A DNA stretch of 64,000 nt from an uncultured Planctomycetales bacterium (GCA_964427405.1 CAYRUB010000004.1:4236-68235), one strand, 5' to 3'; numbered from the stretch's first letter, positions 27,665 through 37,405 are shown. The notes: generated by a model from the sequence alone, not told the origin. Program-made: numbers and translations.

Positions 27665-29710
27665 CTAACGCAATTTTATACCAAAACGCTCTTCCAGCAA
27701 AGTGCAGATGGCATTATGTAGAGGAGCTACTTCTTCTTCGGTCAATGTGCGCTCAGGCGCCCTATAGGTGCAAGATACGGTTAGGCCCCTAAACCCTGGA
27801 GGAATCTGTTTACCCTGGTAATAATCCACAACTTTTGCCAAAGATAATAACGGGGCGCCTTTACCCTCTATTGCTGTAAGCAATTCTCTTATAGAAACTT
27901 CTTCCTTAACCACAAAACTTATGTCCCGGGCAATTGCCGGATATTTAGGAATAGTCGTAAACTTTTTTGCCAGGTTTATATGGGAGAATAATTTTCCCAG
28001 GTTTATTTCACCCAAAATAACCTGTTTATTTTTAATATCAAAAGAACTTAATATTTGCTCATTTAGACTCGCCATAAAACCTACTTCCTGTTGATCAATA
28101 ATGATACTTACCTGATTTTCCCCCCGGGGAGAGAAATCATAACTCTTAACCCCCAGTTTATTAAGTAAACTCTCTAGAATCCCTTTTAGGTGTAAAATAG
28201 TAACCTCATCCTTAACTAAGCCCTGCTTAATAAAAAATGGCCTGGCTCCGCATAAAGCTATGCCTAAAGATAATGCTTCCTCTGCAGAATCAGGTTTAGC
28301 GGAAAAAACATTCGCTACTTCAAAAATATTTATATACTCCTGCTGTTGATTCAAATTATAGGCCAGGGTACGGATAAGGCTGGGTAAAAGTGAAAAACGC
28401 AAAACCTCTTGTTCTTTACTCAAAGGGTTTAAAATCTCAACCGGCTGCGCATCCTTCTTAATCCCGGATTTTGCAAGCAGGCCGCGTTCAACTAAGCTAT
28501 AAGTAATCGCCTCCTGCAAACCTAATCCCTGCAGTATAATCTTTATGTCAGAGACAACTTCCCTGTTACTAGGTATGCTTTTGTGCGGCTTTACTGCAGG
28601 CAGGGAGAGCGGAATCTTCTCATATCCATAAATACGGGCGACCTCTTCCACTAAATCTATCTGTGTTTTTACATCTTGGCGAAAACCGGGAATTTTAACT
28701 GTTAGAATATTTTTACCCCGGACCTTTACAGTAAAGCCTAATCCGGATAAAATTTGTTTAACTTTCAAAACAGACAGGCTGATCCCTAATACCCTGGATA
28801 TATAATCCATTTCCAGGTTAATTGCTGATTTGGCTTGCCTGATTGACCCGAGGCTTTTATAAGCATAAGGTTTTCCAAAAGCTAAGGCGCTAATTAATTT
28901 CAGTGCGGAAAAAGTTGCGCTCTGGGCATTTTCCAAGTCCACTCCTCTTTCAAATCTATATGCTGATTCAGATTGCAGCCCTAATTTCTGCCTGCCCCGG
29001 CGCACAACAATAGGATTAAATACCGCAGATTCAAGCAGAATATTACACGTGGCGTCAGTTACCTCTGTATCTTTGCCTCCCATAACTCCGGCTATAGCCA
29101 CCGCCCTATTTTTATCCGCAATGACTAAAACCTCATTATCCAGTATTTTTTGCTGGCCATCGATAATAGTTATGCTTTCCTTTGGCCTGGCCCGGCGCAC
29201 ATGAATAGCCTGCTGGCTTAATTTATCCAAATCAAAGGCATGCAATGGCTGGCCTGACTCAAATAAAACATAGTTGGTAATATCCACAATGTTATTTACG
29301 CTGCGGCAGCCAAGCGATTCCAGTCTTTTCTTGAGCCATTCAGGCGAAGCAGCGACCTTAACACCGCGAATTATCATTGCGCTATAGAACGGACAATCCG
29401 TACTCTCGGCCACCGAAATCTCTACAGGTTTAAGGCCTTTTAATTTTACCGTCGGGGATTTGGCTGACTTAAGCCTTGAACCGGTAATTGCGCTAATCTC
29501 CCTGGCCACTCCCAGGATGTTTAACCAATCAGGCCGGTTGGAGGTAATTTCAATTTCAAAAACAAAATCCCTGCCTGCCGGACAGGCAGGCTTTCCCAGC
29601 TCTTCCAGGGAAACTACCTCTAGCCCCGCCATAGTTAATTTATCTGCTAATTCTTTAGGAGATATTTTTATATCTACAAAGTCTTTTAACCAACTGTAAG
29701 TTACTTTCAC
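27665..29710 (-). CDS. pheT: phenylalanine--tRNA ligase beta subunit (short form lacking the EMAP-like tRNA-binding insert)
   Basis: 681 aa; N-terminal MKVTYSWLKDFVDI... B1 domain, B3/4, B5 and FDX domains. About 110 aa shorter than canonical PheT. Confidence 0.85.
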   Translation of the reverse strand: MKVTYSWLKDFVDIKISPKELADKLTMAGLEVVSLEELGKPACPAGRDFVFEIEITSNRPDWLNILGVAREISAITGSRLKSAKSPTVKLKGLKPVEISVAESTDCPFYSAMIIRGVKVAASPEWLKKRLESLGCRSVNNIVDITNYVLFESGQPLHAFDLDKLSQQAIHVRRARPKESITIIDGQQKILDNEVLVIADKNRAVAIAGVMGGKDTEVTDATCNILLESAVFNPIVVRRGRQKLGLQSESAYRFERGVDLENAQSATFSALKLISALAFGKPYAYKSLGSIRQAKSAINLEMDYISRVLGISLSVLKVKQILSGLGFTVKVRGKNILTVKIPGFRQDVKTQIDLVEEVARIYGYEKIPLSLPAVKPHKSIPSNREVVSDIKIILQGLGLQEAITYSLVERGLLAKSGIKKDAQPVEILNPLSKEQEVLRFSLLPSLIRTLAYNLNQQQEYINIFEVANVFSAKPDSAEEALSLGIALCGARPFFIKQGLVKDEVTILHLKGILESLLNKLGVKSYDFSPRGENQVSIIIDQQEVGFMASLNEQILSSFDIKNKQVILGEINLGKLFSHINLAKKFTTIPKYPAIARDISFVVKEEVSIRELLTAIEGKGAPLLSLAKVVDYYQGKQIPPGFRGLTVSCTYRAPERTLTEEEVAPLHNAICTLLEERFGIKLR

Positions 29711-29735
29711 CTTGTTACAACCCTCCGTTTAAAAT

Positions 29736-30749
29736 TTAAAACTGTTTCAAAAATCTCAGGTCATTCTCAAAAAACAAGCGGATATCATTGATCCCGTATT
29801 TTAACATGGCAATCCTCTCCACCCCCATACCAAACGCAAAACCCGTATATTTACCGGGCTTATAACCCACTTGCTTAAAAACATTGGGATGGATCATGCC
29901 TGAACCTAAAATTTCAAGCCAGCCCTTTCTGCCGCAAACAGAACAACCTTTGCCTTTACAAATGATGCAAGAGATATCTACTTCTGCCGACGGCTCGGTA
30001 AACGGGAAGAAATGAGGCCGGAAACGCATTTTGATATCTTCACCAAAGACACTTTTTACAAAAAGTTCTAAGATGCCTTTTAAATCTGCAAAACTGATGC
30101 TTTCATCCACTAAAAACCCTTCAATCTGATGAAACATAAAAAGATGGCTGGCATCCACGGCATCCGGACGGTATACCCTACCCGGGACAACTATTGCCAG
30201 CGGCGGCTTATGCGCCTTCATCACGCGCACCTGCACCGGAGAGGTATGGCTGCGCAACAAGAGCTTGGAGTAATTTTTTAAATAAAATGTATCGAATGCG
30301 TCACGCGAAGGATGGTCCAGGGGAATATTTAAGCCTGTAAAGTTATTATACTCCGTCTCGATTTCAGGCCCCTCGACAATTGAAAAACCCATGCGGTTAA
30401 ATATACCGCATATCTCATCTATGACCTGAATGATCGGATGACTACTCCCAAGCTCCTGGGCAATCCCGGGCAGCCCGATATCCTGGGTATTCTTATTTGC
30501 AGCATTGCTTTGAATTTTAAAGGTCTTTTCTTTTTCTTGAAAAAGTTCGAGCAACCTATTCTTTAAGGCATTGGCTTGTTTTCCAAATGGGCCTCTTTCT
30601 TCTGCCGGCAGAGCGCCAATTAAACCGGTCAGTTCCGCAAGTACCCCTTTTCTACCCAAATATTTAACCCGCACCAATTCCAATTCCTGGACAGAGGTGA
30701 CTACGGATAAATCATTTTCTACTTGTGTCTGAACAAGGTTAATATCCAT
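29736..30749 (-). CDS. pheS: phenylalanine--tRNA ligase alpha subunit
   Basis: 337 aa; class II motifs (FRPHFFPFTEPSAEVD; GFAFGMGVERIAM). Confidence 0.9.
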   Translation of the reverse strand: MDINLVQTQVENDLSVVTSVQELELVRVKYLGRKGVLAELTGLIGALPAEERGPFGKQANALKNRLLELFQEKEKTFKIQSNAANKNTQDIGLPGIAQELGSSHPIIQVIDEICGIFNRMGFSIVEGPEIETEYNNFTGLNIPLDHPSRDAFDTFYLKNYSKLLLRSHTSPVQVRVMKAHKPPLAIVVPGRVYRPDAVDASHLFMFHQIEGFLVDESISFADLKGILELFVKSVFGEDIKMRFRPHFFPFTEPSAEVDISCIICKGKGCSVCGRKGWLEILGSGMIHPNVFKQVGYKPGKYTGFAFGMGVERIAMLKYGINDIRLFFENDLRFLKQF

Positions 30750-31210
30750 ATTAAAAGCAAGGCTCCGAATAAAATAAGACTTAAATTCTTTTTGTCCAGA
30801 TTCAATCTCTGATTAACTATTCTGCCATTTCCAAGCTTACGCGATCTCTGCGCATGGATATCCAGATCACCGCCGTGTTCAAGGCAGGCGCGATGGAATA
30901 TACCTACTATCTCCAGGCTGTCTCCCCGGATTTTATAGTTACCCGCAAACTTGATTTCTTTTGCCAGAGGAGCGCTCATCCATACGCCCAACGCATTTTC
31001 ACCGTCGCTTATATTAACCCAGGCAAACTCACCGCGCAACATTACATCCCCGATAACTTCGCCAGTATAAGTTATTAATTTGCCATCATATTCTTTGGCG
31101 TTTTTAATTAACTCACTACTGCTTATGCCTTGAGAAAAAACAGAAGAACTCGGATAGCTCATTAAGGCAAGAGATAAAATTATTAAAGCTAATTTAAAAT
31201 TAATTTTCAT
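30719..31210 (-). CDS. hypothetical exported protein with C-terminal TM anchor
   Basis: 163 aa. Signal-like N-terminus MKINFKLALIILSLALMSYP and a C-terminal hydrophobic helix LSLILFGALLLIWILTLF. Overlaps the pheS start by 31 nt. No recognisable family. Confidence 0.3.
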   Translation of the reverse strand: MKINFKLALIILSLALMSYPSSSVFSQGISSSELIKNAKEYDGKLITYTGEVIGDVMLRGEFAWVNISDGENALGVWMSAPLAKEIKFAGNYKIRGDSLEIVGIFHRACLEHGGDLDIHAQRSRKLGNGRIVNQRLNLDKKNLSLILFGALLLIWILTLFRHK

Positions 31211-32709
31211 TTTCCTTTAATTATCGCAATCAAAAACCCGAGAATTGTAAACACTGACATAAACTCTAAACGTCCAGCCCACATCTGTATTATGTAGGTA
31301 ACCTTCAGCGCTGTAGGCATAGCAATATTAGTAATCCCGCATGATAATCCGACATTAGCCGCTGCAGACGTAGATTCAAAAAGAGCGTTTAAGAAAGGAT
31401 GGCCGTAAAACATACCAACTAGCGCACCCAAGCCATATAAAATTATATAAGCCAAGGTAATAATTAAAGCACTTCTGACCATCTTGTCCTCTAAAAACAC
31501 TTCTATGATGTGATGAAACCTTTCAATAATTAATGCTCTTTCGGGCATGATGATCCTTTTTAAATCTTCTTTAAAGGCCTTAAAAATAATTCCAATACGT
31601 AACATTTTAATCGCTCCGGTAGTGGAACATACTGCACCGCCTAAAGCCATGGCCATAATTACCCCTACTAATGCCAAATGGTTCCAATCTGTAAGAAACT
31701 GCTGCGCATAAATAGTCTGGAAACCTGTACCGGTGTGCCCTGAGATAAGCTGATAAAAACCTTTTCTAAAAAGAGTTGTTGCCGAAGGATAACTGCCAAT
31801 TTGCGCTAAACCCACGGCAATAATAGAAAAGGTGGCGATAATGGTAATAAAAAGTGTGCTAGTTTCAATATTCCTGAATATCTCTTTGCGGTTACCCATC
31901 CACAAATGATAATGTAGTTTAAAATTAAGCGCCCCCAAGATCATAATAATTATGGTGATAACTTCATATATTATACTGTGGTAATAAAGTATGTTTTGCG
32001 ACTGCGGGCTAAATCCCCCAGTGTCAAATGCCGCCATAAATATACATGCCCCGTGGAAAAAAGAATTAAGTGGTTTCATCCCGTTAAATATACCGGTTAT
32101 GCCTAAAGCAAGTGTACCTAAAACCAGATAAACAAAACTTACCATCCAGATGAACCTGGAGGTATGCACTACATTCGGCAGTATTTTTTCATCGCGTGCT
32201 TCTCCCACGTACATTTTAAATGCCCCGGAAAAACCACGCACAAAAAATGAGAGCGCAATAACCACTATGCCCTGGCCTCCGAGAAACATAATCAGATGCC
32301 GCCAAAGATTGTGAGTATAGGATATATGGTCGAGATCCTGCACTAAAGCTAGACCTGTAGTAGCAAATCCGGACATGGCATCAAAACATGCATCGAGGAA
32401 AGACTTCCAGTGACCGCTTAAATATAGCGGTATAGCACCCAGGAACATAGCCACGACCCAAGAAAGACTGACCACAATCATGCCCTGCATCCAGTTCAAA
32501 TCCTTATCGGTGTGGCAAACTTTAACCAGGAGTAGCCCTAAGAAAACAGATATTTCAATACTGATAAGAAAATCCAGGGTAGGATTAAATTCTCTAAAAC
32601 ATAACCCGGCCAAGATCGGGATGACCATGGTAAAGGCCAATCCCAGGATTATTTTTCCAAGATAGAAACCAATGATTTTTAAATCTTCCAGGCGGGGTTT
32701 AAGGATCAT
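31207..32709 (-). CDS. trkH: Trk/Ktr-type K+ transporter membrane subunit
   Basis: 500 aa polytopic; repeated selectivity-filter-like glycine motifs (SGFATTGLA, GHTGTGF, ANVGLSCG). Confidence 0.75.
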   Translation of the reverse strand: MILKPRLEDLKIIGFYLGKIILGLAFTMVIPILAGLCFREFNPTLDFLISIEISVFLGLLLVKVCHTDKDLNWMQGMIVVSLSWVVAMFLGAIPLYLSGHWKSFLDACFDAMSGFATTGLALVQDLDHISYTHNLWRHLIMFLGGQGIVVIALSFFVRGFSGAFKMYVGEARDEKILPNVVHTSRFIWMVSFVYLVLGTLALGITGIFNGMKPLNSFFHGACIFMAAFDTGGFSPQSQNILYYHSIIYEVITIIIMILGALNFKLHYHLWMGNRKEIFRNIETSTLFITIIATFSIIAVGLAQIGSYPSATTLFRKGFYQLISGHTGTGFQTIYAQQFLTDWNHLALVGVIMAMALGGAVCSTTGAIKMLRIGIIFKAFKEDLKRIIMPERALIIERFHHIIEVFLEDKMVRSALIITLAYIILYGLGALVGMFYGHPFLNALFESTSAAANVGLSCGITNIAMPTALKVTYIIQMWAGRLEFMSVFTILGFLIAIIKGK

Positions 32710-32822
32710 AATTTAAAATAGATTGCCAGACAGATTAATAAGGCTGCCAGCATGATAGAAAAAACGTATAGAAGTTCAGTAACAATACCGAAGACAATAT
32801 TTAAAGCAGGCTTAAATCTCAT
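32706..32822 (-). CDS. putative 38-aa single-TM peptide, translationally coupled between trkA and trkH
   Basis: My manual reverse-strand translation gives MRFKPALNIVFGIVTELLYVFSIMLAALLICLAIYFKL. Its ATG sits 2 nt after the trkA stop and its TGA overlaps the trkH ATG (ATGA). It is below the size cutoff of the ORF track. Confidence 0.3.
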   Translation of the reverse strand: MRFKPALNIVFGIVTELLYVFSIMLAALLICLAIYFKL

Positions 32823-32824
32823 TT

Positions 32825-33487
32825 TTAAAACTTCCCGGCTAAAAGGCTTAATAGCTGAGGTTCATTGCCAACCAAGGTAAGCGCGATTACATCATCCCCG
32901 GGTTTAAGCACCGTATTACCCTTGGGCAGAATCACCTCTTCTCCGCGGACGATAGAAACCAGGACAGCGTCTTGAGGCAAAGTAATATCTTTTACTTCTT
33001 TATTAATCACCGGCGAATCACTGGGCAAATCCACGCGCACTATAGCGAGTTTGCCGCGCTTAAAACTCATTAAATTCACAAAATCGGAAAAGGAAACCTC
33101 TTCTTCAATAACTTTAGCAATAATCTTGGTGGAATCAACCGGCACATCAACCCCAAGTTCATTAAATGTATGCTCATTATCAGGGTTGTTCACTCGGCCG
33201 ACTGTGCGCTGTAGATTAAATTTCTCTTTGGCTAATTGGCAAATAATCAGGTTATCTTCATCCTCGCCGGTAACTGCAGCTAAAACATCAGCGCGCTCAA
33301 TCCCAGCCTCTTCTAGTATCTTAGGATCACATCCATCGCCATTAACCACCAAGGCCTCTAATTCCTTGGCGATTTCATCGCAGACTATGCGGTCTTTATC
33401 AACAATACTTACCGTATGTTTCCCCTGGCAGAGCCTTTTAGCTAAGAAATAGCCTACTTTGCCAGCGCCAATAATTAAAATATACAT
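32825..33487 (-). CDS. trkA: K+ uptake regulatory subunit, TrkA-N (NAD-binding) plus TrkA-C
   Basis: 220 aa; Rossmann motif IIGAGKVGYFLAKRL. Confidence 0.75.
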   Translation of the reverse strand: MYILIIGAGKVGYFLAKRLCQGKHTVSIVDKDRIVCDEIAKELEALVVNGDGCDPKILEEAGIERADVLAAVTGEDEDNLIICQLAKEKFNLQRTVGRVNNPDNEHTFNELGVDVPVDSTKIIAKVIEEEVSFSDFVNLMSFKRGKLAIVRVDLPSDSPVINKEVKDITLPQDAVLVSIVRGEEVILPKGNTVLKPGDDVIALTLVGNEPQLLSLLAGKF

Positions 33488-33489
33488 AT

Positions 33490-34143
33490 CTACTTCTCCC
33501 CTAAATGGAACTTTTCCCTTACCCCTTGAAGGCTGGAAACTTTAACTACGCCCATTAAGGTGTCTTTGTTTTTTAAAACAGTCTTGGACTCAGGAATAAT
33601 AACCCCCTGCATCTTCTTAATTGCCACTACTATAAATTCTCCGGGAATATTTATATCCTGAATGGTTTTTCCCACCAATTCGTTCTTTACTTCAATTTCA
33701 ATAACTCCTAGATCCTTGGATTCAATCAGGTAACTGGAAAACCTGCTTTCAATTATTTTATCCCTTAGCATGGATGAAAAGAGCATTGTTCCGCTGATAA
33801 TATCCAAACCAAGGGCTGCGTAAATATGTGCCCGCTGCGGATCATATACGCGCGCAAAGACTTTAGGCACGCGGAATATCTTTTTGGCAACCTGGGCACT
33901 GATTAAATTAGTGTTATCTCCGTTAGTCACCGCACAAAAGGCATCCGCTTTCTCAATCCCCACCTGTTTCAAAAGCGCCAGGTCAAAACCATTGCCTACC
34001 ATAGTTAAACCATTAAAGGTGTCTCCGAGACGGGAAAAAGATTCCCGTGATTTATCAATGATCACTACATCATGACCCTCTCCAGACAAAAGCTTGGCCA
34101 GCTCTGCTCCCACCCTTCCGCAACCTGCAATAATTACATACAT
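33490..34143 (-). CDS. trkA: second TrkA/KtrA-like regulatory subunit
   Basis: 217 aa; IIAGCGRVGAELAKLL Rossmann motif; paralogous to the adjacent gene. Confidence 0.75.
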   Translation of the reverse strand: MYVIIAGCGRVGAELAKLLSGEGHDVVIIDKSRESFSRLGDTFNGLTMVGNGFDLALLKQVGIEKADAFCAVTNGDNTNLISAQVAKKIFRVPKVFARVYDPQRAHIYAALGLDIISGTMLFSSMLRDKIIESRFSSYLIESKDLGVIEIEVKNELVGKTIQDINIPGEFIVVAIKKMQGVIIPESKTVLKNKDTLMGVVKVSSLQGVREKFHLGEK

Positions 34144-34172
34144 AGATAACCCCTTCGCCTAAAGGAACAACC

Positions 34173-34520
34173 TTACTTCTTAATTATCTCAACTATCTTA
34201 TTGAAAGCAGGATTATCTCTTACTGCTAAATCTGCCAATATCTTGCGATCCAGATTAATCTTAGATTTCTTCAGGCCGCTCATAAATACGCTATAAGTAA
34301 TCCCGGATTGCCGACAAGCTGCGTTAATACGCGCAATCCAAAGTCTACGGAATTCACGTTTCTTTTTTTTACGGTCCCGGTAAGCATACCTAAGCGCATG
34401 CATCAATGTTCTTTTTGCCTGCTGGTATTGCTTACTGCGGTCTCCCCAAAATCCTTTAGCTTGCTTTAAAACCTTCTTCTTCCTCTTACGAGTTGCTACA
34501 CTGTGACTAGCCTTTGCCAT
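34173..34520 (-). CDS. rplT: 50S ribosomal protein L20
   Basis: 115 aa; [26 protein letters not shown]...; a clear bL20 match. Confidence 0.9.
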   Translation of the reverse strand: MAKASHSVATRKRKKKVLKQAKGFWGDRSKQYQQAKRTLMHALRYAYRDRKKKKREFRRLWIARINAACRQSGITYSVFMSGLKKSKINLDRKILADLAVRDNPAFNKIVEIIKK

Positions 34521-34543
34521 GTTTTCTCCTTTAGAACATTACC

Positions 34544-34744
34544 TTAACCATAAGGTAACATCGATTTGATAAATCTTACTTCTTTTTTTCCAGCAAGTGT
34601 TTTGCGTTTTCTTAAATTTCTTATTTTACTGGTTTTTTTTGATGAAGCTAAGTGGCTTTTGCCACCGGGTGAATATTTTACCTTACCTTTTTTGGTAAGT
34701 TTAAAACGTTTGGCTACCCCTCTTTTTGTCTTTAATTTTCCCAT
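34544..34744 (-). CDS. rpmI: 50S ribosomal protein L35
   Basis: 66 aa (MGKLKTKRGVAKRFKLTKKGKVKYSPGG...), starting at the internal ATG, which has an AAGGAG Shine-Dalgarno upstream. The 36-aa N-terminal extension in the track ORF (to 34852) is read-through into the structured leader. Confidence 0.85.
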   Translation of the reverse strand: MGKLKTKRGVAKRFKLTKKGKVKYSPGGKSHLASSKKTSKIRNLRKRKTLAGKKEVRFIKSMLPYG

Positions 34745-34955
34745 TTTTTCTCCTTGCACAGAAAGTGCACACCGGCCCATCCATTTAGGCCGGGTGTTAG
34801 CCCGCAAGGGCACACCCACGCAATTTTCGCCACCTGGCGAACACTGACCCAATTCCTGTCTGGGTCAGGTGCCTTTACTGGCGCGCGGGGTGTTACTACC
34901 GGCGCGATGCTTATCAGCGTTTGGTGCTGATTAGCGCCGGGTGTTTTATTATATC
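34745..34955 (-). promoter_or_regulatory. GC-rich, highly structured leader between infC and rpmI; candidate L20-responsive autoregulatory RNA
   Basis: A 211-nt spacer, far more GC-rich than its surroundings, with multiple perfect stems: CTGACCCA-n9-TGGGTCAG, CCGGCC-n10-GGCCGG, GCCC-GCAA-GGGC (GNRA tetraloop), ATCAGC-n7-GCTGAT. Confidence 0.3.
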
Positions 34956-35471
34956 TTATTTTGGTGAAATCACAAAGGACATAATTCTACCTTCTAGTGA
35001 CGGTGCCTTTTCTACTTGACCTTCACTCTGCGCATCAATAATAAATTTATCTAAAACCTTTCTTCCTAAATCTAAATGTTCCATCTGCCTGCCACGGAAG
35101 AAAAGATTTACTTTAACTTTATCTTTTTTCTTTAAAAAACTTACAGCTTGTTTAACCTTGGTCTCAAAATCATGCTCGTCTATATTCGGTTTAAGGCGGA
35201 TTTCTTTAAGACGACCCTGTTTCTGGTGTTTCTTGGCTTCGCGTTCTTTTTTTTCGAGGTCATATTTGAATTTACTGAATTCAATAATCCGGCAAACCGG
35301 CGGAGTAGCAGCTGGAGCAACCTCCACTAAATCTAACTCATGCTGGCTGGCAATCTCTAAAGCCCTCTGTGCAGACATTACCCCCAATTGGCTCCCGTCG
35401 TGGCCAATGACCCTAACCTGCGGCGAGCTGATCCTCTCGTTTATACGAATGAACTTTTTTATAGCAACCAC
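34956..35471 (-). CDS. infC: translation initiation factor IF-3
   Basis: 171 aa; INERISSPQVRVIGHDGSQLGVMS... and C-terminal domain. Confidence 0.85.
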   Translation of the reverse strand: MVAIKKFIRINERISSPQVRVIGHDGSQLGVMSAQRALEIASQHELDLVEVAPAATPPVCRIIEFSKFKYDLEKKEREAKKHQKQGRLKEIRLKPNIDEHDFETKVKQAVSFLKKKDKVKVNLFFRGRQMEHLDLGRKVLDKFIIDAQSEGQVEKAPSLEGRIMSFVISPK

Positions 35472-35479
35472 CTCACTTT

Positions 35480-37201
35480 CTATTTATGTTGCTGGATCTG
35501 ATTAATCAACCCCTCAATAAATTTATCTAATGCAATTGCGCCCTGATCACCGCTACCCTTTTTACGCACACTTACCTGCCCCTGTTTTGCTTCCCGGTCT
35601 CCTAATATTAAACAGTAAGGAATCTTATTTAATTCCGCGTTACGGATCCTCTTGTCTAAGGTTTCATTACGTATATCCATATCTACGCGTATTTGATTTT
35701 TTTCTAACTCTTCCTTTACTTTCTGGGCGTAAAGAGCAACCGATTCCTTAATCGGAATTAACAAAACCTGAGTAGGGCTTAACCACAAAGGGAGCTCCCC
35801 TTTGTAATGCTCAATCAACGCGCCGATAAATCGCTCCAGGCTTCCCAATAAAACTCTATGCAGCATAATCGGCTGCTGTTCTTTACCTTCGGCATCGACA
35901 TAAGTCAGATCGAATCTTTTAGGTAAAGCAAAATCGCACTGGATAGTTGCGCATTGCCAGGTCCTCTTAAGTGCATCCTTTAATTTTATATCAATCTTAG
36001 GGCCGTAAAAGGCGCCGTCACCCTGGTTAATTTCATAAGACAGGCCTTTTTCTTTCAAGGCATCTTCAAGCGCGCTAGTTGCCTTTTGCCAATCTTCATC
36101 CGAACCAATAGATTTTTCCGGCCGGGTACTTAACTCAATCCCCCATTGCTCGAAACCAAAAACCTTCATTGTTTCAAAAACAAAATCAATTATCTTTTTA
36201 ATTTCCTCTCTTAATTGCTCCGGCAAACAAAATATATGCGCATCATCCTGGGTAAATCCACGCACGCGCAGCAGCCCGTGCAAAACCCCGGCTTTTTCAC
36301 GTCGGTAAACCGTACCTAACTCAAAGAGCCTTATGGGAAGTTCGCGGTAAGAACGGCTCTTTGATTTATAAATCAAAATGTGCCCCGGACAATTCATCGG
36401 CTTTAAAACAACCTCCCGGCCTTCTTCATCGGAAGAAAAATACATATTTTCTTTGTAATAATCATAATGACCGCTGATCTTCCAGAGCGCGACATCCATA
36501 ATATGAGGAGTAATTACCATTTGATATCCGCGTTTTAGATGCTCCTTTTTTTCATAGTCTTCAATGATCGTACGTAAAAGCGCTCCCTTAGGATGATAAA
36601 AAACTAACCCGGCTCCGGCCTGCTCATGGTAAATATCAAATAACCCCAGTTGCGGCCCCAGTTTCCTGTGATCACGCAACTTTGCTTCTTCTAAGGAATT
36701 TAAATATTCTTCTAATTCTTTTTTTGTATTAAAACAGGTGCCATAAATCCTCTGCAGCATGGGGTTAGTTTCAATCCCATGCCAATACGCACCGGCGACT
36801 GATAATAATTTGAAGAATTTTATTTCCCCGGTAGAATTAATATGCGGGCCGCGGCAAAGATCTAAGAAATTATTCCCGGTCTTATAAATAGAAACGGTCT
36901 CATTCGATAAATCTTTAATCAGCTCAACCTTATAATCTTCTTTTAATTTTTCAAATAAACCTATTGCTTCATCTCTGCCTAATTCTTGACGTACGAAGGT
37001 TTCATCCTTATTGATAATTTTCTGCATCTCCTGTTCAATCTTAAGCAAGTCTTCGTTACTGAACGGTTCTTTTTTGTCAAAATCATAGTAAAACCCGTCT
37101 TCAATAGCAGGGCCTATTGCTAGCTTTGTCTCTGGCCAGAGTTTTTTCACCGCCTCAGCCATGACGTGGGAACAAGAATGTCTTAAAGTATTTAGATCCA
37201 T
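35480..37201 (-). CDS. thrS: threonine--tRNA ligase (lacks N-terminal TGS domain)
   Basis: 573 aa. Starts at the editing domain (HSCSHVMAEAVKKLWP...), then class II core and anticodon-binding domain. tRNA-Val lies 20 nt upstream, so the ORF cannot extend further. Confidence 0.85.
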   Translation of the reverse strand: MDLNTLRHSCSHVMAEAVKKLWPETKLAIGPAIEDGFYYDFDKKEPFSNEDLLKIEQEMQKIINKDETFVRQELGRDEAIGLFEKLKEDYKVELIKDLSNETVSIYKTGNNFLDLCRGPHINSTGEIKFFKLLSVAGAYWHGIETNPMLQRIYGTCFNTKKELEEYLNSLEEAKLRDHRKLGPQLGLFDIYHEQAGAGLVFYHPKGALLRTIIEDYEKKEHLKRGYQMVITPHIMDVALWKISGHYDYYKENMYFSSDEEGREVVLKPMNCPGHILIYKSKSRSYRELPIRLFELGTVYRREKAGVLHGLLRVRGFTQDDAHIFCLPEQLREEIKKIIDFVFETMKVFGFEQWGIELSTRPEKSIGSDEDWQKATSALEDALKEKGLSYEINQGDGAFYGPKIDIKLKDALKRTWQCATIQCDFALPKRFDLTYVDAEGKEQQPIMLHRVLLGSLERFIGALIEHYKGELPLWLSPTQVLLIPIKESVALYAQKVKEELEKNQIRVDMDIRNETLDKRIRNAELNKIPYCLILGDREAKQGQVSVRKKGSGDQGAIALDKFIEGLINQIQQHK

Positions 37202-37221
37202 ATTTTGTTGAATAATTAAAA

Positions 37222-37296
37222 TGGGCCCAAGTGGACTTGAACCACTGACCTTTGCGATGTCAACGCAACGCTCTAACCAACTGAGCTATGAGCCCG
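37222..37296 (-). tRNA. tRNA-Val (anticodon GAC)
   Basis: Hand-folded cloverleaf GGGCTCATAGCTCAGTTGGTTAGAGCGTTGCGTTGACATCGCAAAGGTCAGTGGTTCAAGTCCACTTGGGCCCA. Anticodon loop TTGACAT. No encoded CCA. Confidence 0.85.
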
Positions 37297-37310
37297 GGCA
37301 TTTATTAAAT

Positions 37311-37393
37311 TGGGCAAGAAGGGAGTCGGACCCTTACGACCTTGCGGCCAACAGATTTTAAGTCTGTCGTGTATGCCATTCCACCACTTGCCC
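37311..37393 (-). tRNA. tRNA-Leu (anticodon TAA), long variable arm
   Basis: GGGCAAGTGGTGGAATGGCATACACGACAGACTTAAAATCTGTTGGCCGCAAGGTCGTAAGGGTCCGACTCCCTTCTTGCCCA. Anticodon loop CTTAAAA. Type II tRNA. Confidence 0.8.
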
Positions 37394-37405
37394 GTTAAAA
37401 ACTTA

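Noticed and set aside
34745-34852. 36-codon N-terminal extension of the rpmI ORF (MGQCSPGGENCVGVPLRANTRPKW...)
   Set aside because: The real L35 start is the internal ATG, which has an AAGGAG RBS. The extension is read-through of the GC-rich structured leader.
35480-37201. T-box leader upstream of thrS or pheS
   Set aside because: The thrS upstream region is occupied by tRNA genes only 20 nt away, and pheS is overlapped by an upstream ORF. There is no room for a T-box element.
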